A DNA stretch of 64,000 nucleotides from Candidatus Thorarchaeota archaeon (GTDB lineage: Archaea > Asgardarchaeota > Thorarchaeia > Thorarchaeales > Thorarchaeaceae). Each line of letters opens with the position of its first letter. Within the stretch, counting starts at the first letter, position 1. Below are positions 21,262-30,051 of this stretch, piece after piece. The notes under the pieces are model-generated. The model saw nothing but the letters and a program-made list of their open reading frames with translations, made no database searches and had not been told where the DNA came from. The DNA is taken from assembly GCA_029855935.1 (NCBI GenBank), contig JAGSHN010000027.1, positions 64,001-128,000 on the forward strand, written 5' to 3'. A program made the translations under genes and the position numbers.

Positions 21262-22007
21262 TGTCATCACCAGCTTCTCCATCCATAGGCCCACTTGGAA
21301 TAGAGGAGTGGGTAGGAGAGCTGGCTGCAGGACTAGGAATGACGCTCTATCTATATTTCACAGCGCTCATCATAGGATTTGCCCTGGGTCTTCTTCTCGC
21401 ACTCGCACGGCAGTATGGCGGTCGCATCTCATCTCGTATTGCAACAGGATACATAGACCTCATACGGGGGACCCCCCTACTCGCACAACTGTTCCTAATC
21501 TATACGATGCCCTACTCGCTTAACGCGTGGCTGTCGCCAGACGGGCCGCCTGTGATAAACACTCGCTGGTCGTTCCAGCTCCTTGGTCTGACGTACCTGA
21601 ACTTTCCCATCCTGGCCTCCATAGTCGCACTTGGCCTGAACAGCGCTGCATATCAGGCCGAGTATATGAGAGGAGCAATGGCCTCTCTAGGGACGGGGCA
21701 GGTCCTCGCGGCGCAATCGCTTGGGATGACCAAGCACGAGATATTCAGATACGTCATCATCCCGCAGGCGTTCAGGAGGATGATCCCGTCGTGGTCTAAC
21801 GAGGCCTCGTATCTACCGAAGTACACAGTCATCGCGACCTTCGTCTCTGTCGAGGACCTCTTTGGGAAAGCCAAGCTTGTGGTCGCCCGCACATTTCTGG
21901 CGCTTGAGACATACATCCTCGTCGGAGTTGTCTATCTGATCCTCATAACAATCATCGCCAGAATTCTCGACAAGCTGTATGAAAAGACAAAGATACCGGG
22001 CCTGTGA
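21258..22007 (+). CDS. amino acid ABC transporter permease
   Basis: IRGTPLLAQL, NSAAYQAEYMRG, AQSLGM. Confidence 0.92.
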   Translation: MMSSPASPSIGPLGIEEWVGELAAGLGMTLYLYFTALIIGFALGLLLALARQYGGRISSRIATGYIDLIRGTPLLAQLFLIYTMPYSLNAWLSPDGPPVINTRWSFQLLGLTYLNFPILASIVALGLNSAAYQAEYMRGAMASLGTGQVLAAQSLGMTKHEIFRYVIIPQAFRRMIPSWSNEASYLPKYTVIATFVSVEDLFGKAKLVVARTFLALETYILVGVVYLILITIIARILDKLYEKTKIPGL

Positions 22008-22068
22008 TGGGTCCGCGTATGTTTTTCTATCGTGCTGCCAAAGAGTATCCCCACGGAGAGGCGGCTCG

Positions 22069-22938
22069 ATGTGCGAATGGTGTTACAAACACGGAGCAGG
22101 GAAAAAGTGGTATCTCAATTCCAGGAACTACCTCGTTGAGACAGCGCTTGAGGTCGGTGCTCACGAGTATATCTACGGGCTCTGGAAGAACTTCGAGAAG
22201 GTATACCTGAAGAGGGTCTTCGGAATCTCCACGAAGGGTCCGGGCTACAAGTTCCAGATACCGATAGTCGGGAGGGCCATCCACTGGTACATCAACTCGT
22301 GGTTCAGAAAGGAGAAACCACTCAAGGGGCGGAATCCGATGCGCGCTGAGGGCCACCCCGGACAGGTGGTCACTCTCGAGGACGCAAAGAAGATCCTCGA
22401 ACTGGCCCAGCCAATTCTGCGGGTCCACTGCGCCTGTCGATGGATGACCCGCGGTGTGAAGGACCAGTGCTGTCTGGCATTTGGCGCACTTGCAGAGATG
22501 GTGCCAAGGTTGCCGAGGTACATCCCCGAGACGGGTACCGAGCCGATGGACGTGGGAGAGGCCCAGCAGTTCGTAGAGAGTATGCAGGAAGCTGGCCGCG
22601 TGAGCACAGTCTGGTTCGGACCGATTCCCTACATCGCAGCCCTCTGTTCCTGTGAACTTCCAGAGTGCGCTGCAACACGAGTCAGAACAGCATACAACCT
22701 GATGTCATTGTACAAGGGCGAGTACGTGGCCAAGCTCAATCCGCAGAAGTGTGAGGGCTGCAGGACATGTGTTTCGCGATGCCAGTTCGGCGCAATCAGC
22801 TTCAATGACTCAGCGGGAATGCCCTACATCGACCAGTGGCAATGTTTTGGCTGCGGGCTGTGCGCGTACTCCTGTCCGAACGGAGCAATAGAGATGGTCG
22901 ACAGGACCAGTCTTCCCCCTCTCAGGGAGGTCTGGTGA
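22069..22938 (+). CDS. 4Fe-4S binding protein (N-terminal CxxC..H, central Cys motifs, C-terminal 2x[4Fe-4S])
   Basis: MCEWCYKHG, CACR, CSCELPEC, CEGCRTCVSRC, CFGCGLCAYSCP; start re-called to ATG 22069. Confidence 0.85.
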   Translation: MCEWCYKHGAGKKWYLNSRNYLVETALEVGAHEYIYGLWKNFEKVYLKRVFGISTKGPGYKFQIPIVGRAIHWYINSWFRKEKPLKGRNPMRAEGHPGQVVTLEDAKKILELAQPILRVHCACRWMTRGVKDQCCLAFGALAEMVPRLPRYIPETGTEPMDVGEAQQFVESMQEAGRVSTVWFGPIPYIAALCSCELPECAATRVRTAYNLMSLYKGEYVAKLNPQKCEGCRTCVSRCQFGAISFNDSAGMPYIDQWQCFGCGLCAYSCPNGAIEMVDRTSLPPLREVW

Positions 22939-22939
22939 C

Positions 22940-23161
22940 TTGAAGACAGATGTGATAGTCGATTGGGAGAAGTGCGGCGACCCGCGTGAGTGCAAGAAGT
23001 GTATGCAGGTCTGCCCGCAGGCTCTGTTCATAATGTACTCTCCTGACTGGGAGAGCGATGATCCAGACGAGTGGCGTCTCGATGTGGCCTTCACCGACCT
23101 GTGCATTAGATGCAACGACTGTGTCGAGGTCTGCCCGCACGGTGCTATAACGATCAAGTGA
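22940..23161 (+). CDS. small 2[4Fe-4S]-type ferredoxin
   Basis: CGDPRECKKCMQVCP and CIRCNDCVEVCP; GGGAGG SD upstream. Confidence 0.88.
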   Translation: MKTDVIVDWEKCGDPRECKKCMQVCPQALFIMYSPDWESDDPDEWRLDVAFTDLCIRCNDCVEVCPHGAITIK

Positions 23162-23197
23162 AGGAACAGACAGACCACATATTCAGCCCCGACCGCA

Positions 23198-24322
23198 TCA
23201 GCGGAGCGCCCGGTCAACAAGCTCGACAACATCGCGTACGTCAAGGCGGTAGCCATCTGCTGTGTCACTAAGATTGCGCCTGCAGAAGGGGCAGGCAGAG
23301 GTCAGCACCTCGGCACCAGTCTCCGAGGCCTCCTCCAGACGCCGGCGGGCAGTCCAGAGCGCGAAGTCCGGAAAGACTGACTTGACGCCACCTCCTGCAC
23401 CGCAACACCACGCGTTGGCCCGGTTCCGTGACATCTCCATCGTCTCCACTCCAATAGTTTCGAGCGCCGCGCGTGGTGCTTCGTAGATACCAGCGTGTCG
23501 TCCGAGATGACAGGGATCATGATACGTCACCGTGAGGTCCATTCGCGTCAGGTGTTCCCTGGTCAGATGTTCGGCAAGAAATTCTGTGATGTGCAGCACC
23601 TCGACACCAGTCGATAGGCCGAGCGACTCGTAGTCGTCCCTCAATGTCCTGAGACAGCCCGCGCAGGACGTGACCACCACTCTCGCGCCTGAGTTGGCAA
23701 TCTCCCTGACGTTGTGAGCAGCCACCTGTACCGCAAGGCCAGCCTGTCCGGTCCGGAGTAGGGGTGAGCCGCAACAGTACTCGTCAATGACGGTGAAGTC
23801 GACTCCAAGCCGGCTGAGAATGTGCAGCGTGGCATCACGTATCTCATTCTCGCGGTACATTGAGGTGCATCCCACGAAGTAGACGACCGGCGCTGTCCGT
23901 GGGAGATCGAGTTTGGTGGCAATGCGCCGCCCGTGATGTGCAGCACCGTACGGGTTGTGCACACTCTGTATCTTCTCGGCAAATGCCCTATGGTGAGGCA
24001 GTGCGCCCAATCGTTCCACGGCCTGTGCTCTGAGCTCCTCGATCATCTCCACTATGTGATCGCGGTGCGGTGCAAGGCACTGTACCTCACAGCTACCGCA
24101 CGTCGTGCAGGCGAATATCGGCCTAAGGAGAGTCTCGTCCCACTCCAGGTCTCCAGTCGCTATCCCTCGAGCAATCCCAATGCGCCCGGAGGCGTAGTAG
24201 GTCTCGAATCCGAAGTACTCACCGGAGGGACAAGAGGGACGATAGTCGCGAAACAGATACTTGCACGTCCCACAACGGATGCAGTTGTGGAGGTATCTCT
24301 CAATGGCGCCCACCGAGGTCAC
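23198..24322 (-). CDS. (Fe-S)-binding oxidoreductase, GlpC/HdrD-like with two CCG domains
   Basis: CIRCGTC, CTTCGSCEVQC, CCG twice, YHDPCHLGR; GTG start overlaps the upstream stop. Confidence 0.9.
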   Translation of the reverse strand: MTSVGAIERYLHNCIRCGTCKYLFRDYRPSCPSGEYFGFETYYASGRIGIARGIATGDLEWDETLLRPIFACTTCGSCEVQCLAPHRDHIVEMIEELRAQAVERLGALPHHRAFAEKIQSVHNPYGAAHHGRRIATKLDLPRTAPVVYFVGCTSMYRENEIRDATLHILSRLGVDFTVIDEYCCGSPLLRTGQAGLAVQVAAHNVREIANSGARVVVTSCAGCLRTLRDDYESLGLSTGVEVLHITEFLAEHLTREHLTRMDLTVTYHDPCHLGRHAGIYEAPRAALETIGVETMEMSRNRANAWCCGAGGGVKSVFPDFALWTARRRLEEASETGAEVLTSACPFCRRNLSDTADGYRLDVRDVVELVDRALR

Positions 24323-25713
24323 AGCGAGTACCTCCCCGGATTCAATATCCCGTTGGGGTCGAGGAATTCCCGAATTCGTCTCAGGAGCTGGACAAAGCCG
24401 CTGTCGCACCTCTCCAGCAGCCTTCTCGCCGCCCACACTGGCGTCTTGTACGGGATGGCACCGAGCGCTAGAAGGACATCGAGAAGCTCCGAGTTGCACT
24501 GACGCACACGCTCAATGGTCTCCGGGTCCTTCGGAAAACGGACTATGAACTTGAGCTCCCCATAGTGCATTCCGTTCATCGGCTTGAGAAATGCCATCAA
24601 CTCAAACCCGTATCTCTCGACGACCTCACGCCCCCTCTTGAGAGCAGTGGCCCATCTCGCAGGATGAACGTAGGTCCCGACCCAAGTGAGCCCGTCGTAC
24701 TCTGCGAGAATCTTGAACGCGTCTGAGGGAAAGTCCACCCAGCTGTTAGCGTCTCTGCCCATCAGCACAGTTATGGCATCCCAATCGATGAGGTTCACAC
24801 GTCGGTCGCGGCTGCGTTCCCGAGCAACAGCCTGCGCGACTGCTTGGTACTTCCCCTCAACCTCCAGCTCGTTCTGTCCCGACACGGTCAGCAGCGTCGC
24901 GTACTGTGGCTCATCGGGATAGATGTCCACTGGCGGCTCAGCACCAAGCAGCATCTTGACCAGTGACACAGACATGCAGTCCGCATCGTCCAAGACCTGG
25001 GTCCGTACGATCCTCCGAAGCAGACCCACTGTCTGTTCCTCATCAGTTGTGAACAGTGCGGCGTACCGGACATACGGTTGCTTGGGCCAGAGCTGGACAG
25101 CCATCTTTGTGACGATGCCCGTCATCCCCTGCCAGCCGCTGAACAGACCCACGAGATCGGGGAGAGGATAGCGACCGAACCAGTTGTCTTCCCCGAGAAT
25201 TCCGGAGCCCACACGTACAATCTCCCCGGTTGGAAGGACCACCTCGAAACCGTTGATGAAGTTCTCCATCGCACCGCGACGGGTTGAGAGATCGCACAGG
25301 CCCTGCAGGAGCGCATTGGCCACGATTGATGTGAAGGGGGGAGCGAGGGGATAGGTGTATCGGAGTCCCGGACTATGACGGCCAAGATACCTCTTCATGT
25401 GGCCGAATGTGACGCCCGGCTCGATCAATGCGTACATCGCGTCCTCGTCCACCGTCAGAATCCGATTCATCCGCCTCAGGTCCACAATGACAGCACCATC
25501 GACCTGAGGAATGGTCAGGCCACCTACGTTCTGTCCCGTGACAAACGGGACAAGGGGTGTCCTCCGCTCATTCGCCAGACGGACGATGGCCTGCACCTCC
25601 TCGACAGTCGCGGGCATCACAACAGCCACTGGACGCCTTGGCTCGTTCTCAGTCATATCATAAGAATAGATATAGCGTTCACCTTCCCCGTCGGCGACAT
25701 TGCTCTCACCCAC
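24319..25713 (-). CDS. FAD-binding oxidoreductase (VAO/GlcD/D-lactate dehydrogenase superfamily)
   Basis: PVAVVMP, VDLRRMNRI, IEPGVT, GIVTK, terminal DPNGILNPG. Confidence 0.9.
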   Translation of the reverse strand: MGESNVADGEGERYIYSYDMTENEPRRPVAVVMPATVEEVQAIVRLANERRTPLVPFVTGQNVGGLTIPQVDGAVIVDLRRMNRILTVDEDAMYALIEPGVTFGHMKRYLGRHSPGLRYTYPLAPPFTSIVANALLQGLCDLSTRRGAMENFINGFEVVLPTGEIVRVGSGILGEDNWFGRYPLPDLVGLFSGWQGMTGIVTKMAVQLWPKQPYVRYAALFTTDEEQTVGLLRRIVRTQVLDDADCMSVSLVKMLLGAEPPVDIYPDEPQYATLLTVSGQNELEVEGKYQAVAQAVARERSRDRRVNLIDWDAITVLMGRDANSWVDFPSDAFKILAEYDGLTWVGTYVHPARWATALKRGREVVERYGFELMAFLKPMNGMHYGELKFIVRFPKDPETIERVRQCNSELLDVLLALGAIPYKTPVWAARRLLERCDSGFVQLLRRIREFLDPNGILNPGRYSL

Positions 25714-25744
25714 AATCTCAGACAGCTCTCTTGTCAGACTCGTC

Positions 25745-26128
25745 TCAGGCCCCTCCTCTCTCCGTTCGTCGGCCTGTCACGGCCGAGAGTAACAGTCTCA
25801 GGAATCTGGCGGCGGCAAGCGGATGGCGATACATACCCTTGACCCGAAGCAGCCCGTGAAGGTATGCCGTCAACGGCGACAGACTTGAACGGGCAATCGC
25901 TGCGACCGTGTCGAGCGTTGTGAGCACCGTCAACGTGGGTCGCTCAGCCGCACCTCTCTCAATCGTCAGTCCCTCATCGAATCTCAGCGTCACCGGATGA
26001 TACTCTGTCTCCAGAACAACGGTCATCCGCCAATGCCGGACGGACGCGCCGAGCACCGACTCGTCCAGCCGCGAAGACAGCATCCTGTGCAGGATGATGC
26101 CGAGCAGGTCCCGAGGGGTTCCCGTCAT
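25745..26128 (-). CDS. SCP2 sterol/lipid-binding domain protein
   Basis: PTLTV...SPLTAYLHGLLRVKG matches the SCP2 C-terminal pattern. Confidence 0.65.
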   Translation of the reverse strand: MTGTPRDLLGIILHRMLSSRLDESVLGASVRHWRMTVVLETEYHPVTLRFDEGLTIERGAAERPTLTVLTTLDTVAAIARSSLSPLTAYLHGLLRVKGMYRHPLAAARFLRLLLSAVTGRRTERGGA

Positions 26129-26278
26129 CCTACGAACCTCAAAGTGGTCGTCCCGTCACGCAGTCACTCGGTTGGTGGCTGCCCCATACCGACTTCTAGC
26201 ATCATAGCGGATATACTAATCCTGCGATTCTCTGTCAGCATTGCTCAGGCCGACTTGGTTGCTCCGCGGAACGCCGCA

Positions 26279-27475
26279 CTATTTGACCTTCTCAGCGAAC
26301 TGCTGGCCATATTCATAGGCGGCCCTCAACTCGTCCTCGGATGGCACCCACTTGACGGTGAGGGGCTCCATCACGATCTCCATCTTTCCTCGTGTCATTG
26401 ACTCCTGTATTCGCCTCACCGCACCGCCGCCCCACCCATAGGATCCGAAGGCCGCTGCCTTCTTGCCGACAGGCTTCAGGACCTCAAGGTCGGACAGTAT
26501 TGGTGCAACTGTCGGCAGGATGTCGTTGTGGACGGTCGAACTCCCAACGAGGATACCTCGGGCCTCCAACAGGTCGGCCATTATGTCACTGCGATCGCTG
26601 TGCGGGATAAGACGCATCAGCGGGGTCAGGCCAGCATCTCTTACGCCCTCGGCAATGGCACGGGCAAGCTTCGTCGTGCTGCCCCACATGGTGTCCCACA
26701 CAATCAGTACTTTGTCCTGTAATCTCTCGCCCTTCGCCCAGCTGAGATAGCGCTTGACAATCTCAAGCGGGTCCTTCCTCCAGATGAGGCCGTGCGAGGG
26801 GGCAATCATCCGTATGGGGAGCCCGAGCTTCAGCACCTCCTCAATCTTTCGTTGCACCTGCCGGCTGAGAGGCCACAATATGTTGGCGTAGTACTTCTCG
26901 GCCTCGTGCCACAGCACCGTCTGGTCAACCTCGTCGGCGAATCTATGCTCCGTGGCGTAGTGTTGTCCAAAGGCATCGTTGGGAAGGAGAATCTCCTCTT
27001 CGACGTAGTACGTGAACATCGACTCTGGCCAGTGCAGCATCGGTGCCTCGTAGAACCGCAACGTCTTTCCACCGAGATCCAGCTCGTCGCCAGTGGCCAC
27101 GGTCTGAATGTCCCATCCGTCCGGATAGTGCTTCTGAAGGACATCTACCGCACGCTTGGTGCATAGCAGCTCAGCATTGCCAAGCCTGCGCATCACCTCG
27201 GGAAGAGCTCCGGAGTGATCCATCTCGGCATGGTTGGATATGACGTAGTCGATGTCGGAGGGTGGCATCACTCTGGAGATCCTTGCAAACATCTCCTCGG
27301 CAAACGGGCCATAGACCGCATCCACCAGAGCGGTCTTGTCCCCGACAATCAGGTACGCATTGTATGTTGTCCCGTGATGAGTCGAGTAGCTGAATCCGTG
27401 GAATGTCCTGATGCTGTAGTCTATTGCACCTACCCAGTACACGTCGTCTGCGATCTTGATTGGTTCCATATTCAT
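26279..27475 (-). CDS. fprA: flavodiiron protein (A-type flavoprotein)
   Basis: GTTYNAYL, HAEMDHSG, HWPES, DAFGQH, PSHG; flavodoxin domain TMWGST and FGSYGWGG. Confidence 0.95.
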   Translation of the reverse strand: MNMEPIKIADDVYWVGAIDYSIRTFHGFSYSTHHGTTYNAYLIVGDKTALVDAVYGPFAEEMFARISRVMPPSDIDYVISNHAEMDHSGALPEVMRRLGNAELLCTKRAVDVLQKHYPDGWDIQTVATGDELDLGGKTLRFYEAPMLHWPESMFTYYVEEEILLPNDAFGQHYATEHRFADEVDQTVLWHEAEKYYANILWPLSRQVQRKIEEVLKLGLPIRMIAPSHGLIWRKDPLEIVKRYLSWAKGERLQDKVLIVWDTMWGSTTKLARAIAEGVRDAGLTPLMRLIPHSDRSDIMADLLEARGILVGSSTVHNDILPTVAPILSDLEVLKPVGKKAAAFGSYGWGGGAVRRIQESMTRGKMEIVMEPLTVKWVPSEDELRAAYEYGQQFAEKVK

Positions 27476-27581
27476 ATCCTGATGCCACACTTAGAGATAA
27501 CATCTGCGTTTGGCACACAGTCATGGCGCTCAGCGTGACTGTTATAGCGGGGCAGCAGACAACATAGTCCTCGGCACGAAG

Positions 27582-30014
27582 ATGACCCGTTCTGAGCGAT
27601 ACTCGGCCTGCGCACTAAACTGTCCCGACATCTGCGCGTATATCGTCACGGTCGAGGAGGGGCGTGTGACCAGAGTGAGGGGTGACCCCAATCATCCCTA
27701 CACGCTTGGACGCTGTTGTCCAAAGGGATATTCGCACGTGCTGAGGACATATCACGAGGACAGACTGAGATATCCAATGCGTCGGGTGGGCCCGGGAGAG
27801 TTCGTCAGGATAACTTGGGAGGAGGCACTCGACGAGATAGCAGAAAGGATAGTCGACGCACGAGATAGGTTCGGCGCCCGGTCTGTCGGCATATACTCCG
27901 GCTCCGGCAACGACGGAATGCCTCCGAGGTTCGCAGCACGGTTTGCCAACGCCTTCGGCTGCCGGATGATACCGGGAATCTTTGAGATATGCTTCGAGGG
28001 GGCATACGAGGGGGCAAGGTTCAACGTTGGACCGTTTCCACCCCACGAGCTGAGTGACTGGGCGAACTCACGCTGCATAGTCATCTGGGGCACGAACAAG
28101 TTCGAGTCTAGCCTTCACACAAGGAGAGTCATCCAAGAGGCCATTGACAGGGGTGCCAAGCTGATAGTCATCGACCCACGTCGGACACCCCACGGCAAGA
28201 TGGCGGACATCTACACGACGATAAGACCCGGAACAGATGGCGCCCTCGCACTCGGCATCGCACGGGAGATCATCAGACGTGACCTATACGACCACGGCTT
28301 CGTGGAGAGATACGTCCTCGGATTCGACGAGTACCGGAAACGGGTGGAGGAGTACGACAAGAAGAGAGTCTCGGAGATCACTTGGGTGTCGCCGGACACC
28401 ATCGAAGAGATAGCCGTGACCTTTGCCACTCACGGGCCTGCACTCATCATGACGGCTCCTGCCGGGATGAATCACTATACGAACGGTACTTGGGCTGCAA
28501 GGGCGGTCCACAGTCTTCTTGCGATATGCGGCTACCTCGGAGTCTCGGGCGGCGGTTTCCAATACCTCTCCTCTGACTGTTCGCCGTTCAACAACTCGGC
28601 ACTGACGCTCGACCACCTCCTCCCGCCAGACGTGCGTCCTATTGTGCCATCAGCCACCTATCTTCCAGACCTCATCCTGTCGCAGGACGAGAGTCCCGTG
28701 AGAGTGCTGATCATTCAGGCCGCCAGCCCTGTCACGCAGTGGCCCAATACTTCAAAGACAATACAAGCCCTGTCGCGAATTCCATTCAAGGTGTGTATCG
28801 ACCTTGAGATGACGGACACGGCCCGCCTATGTGACATAGTCCTGCCGGCGACCTTCATCTTCGAGCATCACAACCTTGTTCACAGCGAGCTGCACAGAAT
28901 TGTGCAGTACGCGCCCAAGCTGATTGAGCCTGTCGGAGAAGCCAGAACAGAACTCGACATCTGGAGAGGGATAGCAGAGAGAGTGGGCCTTGGAGAGTTC
29001 TTTCAGCTGACCGAGCTCGATGCTATTCGAATCCTCCTAGACAGCGAGGAGTGCCGACACATTACACTTGAGACGCTGATTGAGCATCCCGAGGGGATTC
29101 GCACCCGTGCAGTGTCCATTCCATTCGTGGATAGGAGGTTCAACACCGCGTCTGGAATGGTGGAGCTGTACTCGCCCCAACTTGAGAGGATGGGGCTCGA
29201 CCCGCTCCCATTCTATGAGGAGCCAGCCGAGAGTCCCCTGTCTACGCCTGATGTGTACCGTGAGTTCCCGTTGATAATGATCACAGGTCGCCTCAGAGAA
29301 CGACTCCACTCTCAATACACGACTGTTGAGACTGGTGCCACTGTCACCAACTATGCACACTGCACGACTTGCCAGAAGTGTGTCAAGGAATGCCCAGACG
29401 AGGCCATCAGTCTTCGAGAGCCCACAATTGCAGACATGCTGAGACAGACAGCAGGGGGAGATGAGCAGGAGGACGAGCCAGAACGGGACCGTGACAAGAG
29501 GGATGACCGGGTACCTCTCAATCGGGCCGAACTGGTGAGAACTGTGGCAAGACTGGCTGTCACAGCCTCCAAGGAGACGGTGCGCGTTCCTGCAGAGGTC
29601 ACAAGTCTCCTGGTTCCGCAGTGGGACCCGACGAAATGTATCGGGTGTAGAGACTGCGAGCTGGACATCTGCCCCTTTGGTGTGGTCAACACACCAATCA
29701 GAATGCCCAGCAAGTATAGGTCGAGCCAGAGGGCCTTTCTCAGGATGCACCCAGACACAGCAAGATCACTCGGACTGACGGAGGGACAGCTGGTCGATAT
29801 CGAGTCGAGAAGAGGACGTGTAGAGGGGGTGGTCCTTCATCTCACAGAGGACATTGATCCGCGAGTCGTCTGGGCCTCTGACGGCTGGTGGATGAGGGAC
29901 GGCAACATGAACATGCTCACGGAGGACAGACACACTGCCTTCGGTCACACGCCGGGGTTTAACTCTGTGCTGGTGCGGGTCGTGCCATCGAGACGGAGTG
30001 GCGCTCCTGCATAG
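27582..30014 (+). CDS. molybdopterin-dependent oxidoreductase (DMSO reductase superfamily) with inserted ferredoxin domain
   Basis: N-terminal CALNCPDIC..C Fe-S motif, RLRYPM, IRPGTDGAL, DIVLPA, C-terminal MHPDTARSLGL; two extra CxxCxxC motifs; start re-called to ATG 27582. Confidence 0.9.
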   Translation: MTRSERYSACALNCPDICAYIVTVEEGRVTRVRGDPNHPYTLGRCCPKGYSHVLRTYHEDRLRYPMRRVGPGEFVRITWEEALDEIAERIVDARDRFGARSVGIYSGSGNDGMPPRFAARFANAFGCRMIPGIFEICFEGAYEGARFNVGPFPPHELSDWANSRCIVIWGTNKFESSLHTRRVIQEAIDRGAKLIVIDPRRTPHGKMADIYTTIRPGTDGALALGIAREIIRRDLYDHGFVERYVLGFDEYRKRVEEYDKKRVSEITWVSPDTIEEIAVTFATHGPALIMTAPAGMNHYTNGTWAARAVHSLLAICGYLGVSGGGFQYLSSDCSPFNNSALTLDHLLPPDVRPIVPSATYLPDLILSQDESPVRVLIIQAASPVTQWPNTSKTIQALSRIPFKVCIDLEMTDTARLCDIVLPATFIFEHHNLVHSELHRIVQYAPKLIEPVGEARTELDIWRGIAERVGLGEFFQLTELDAIRILLDSEECRHITLETLIEHPEGIRTRAVSIPFVDRRFNTASGMVELYSPQLERMGLDPLPFYEEPAESPLSTPDVYREFPLIMITGRLRERLHSQYTTVETGATVTNYAHCTTCQKCVKECPDEAISLREPTIADMLRQTAGGDEQEDEPERDRDKRDDRVPLNRAELVRTVARLAVTASKETVRVPAEVTSLLVPQWDPTKCIGCRDCELDICPFGVVNTPIRMPSKYRSSQRAFLRMHPDTARSLGLTEGQLVDIESRRGRVEGVVLHLTEDIDPRVVWASDGWWMRDGNMNMLTEDRHTAFGHTPGFNSVLVRVVPSRRSGAPA

Positions 30015-30051
30015 AGACGGGTGACTCAGCAGGGCGCCCGGACTGCTCTAC

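Noticed and set aside
22069-30014. Selenoproteins in the redox block
   Set aside because: No in-frame TGA interrupts these genes, and the expected ligand positions are Cys.
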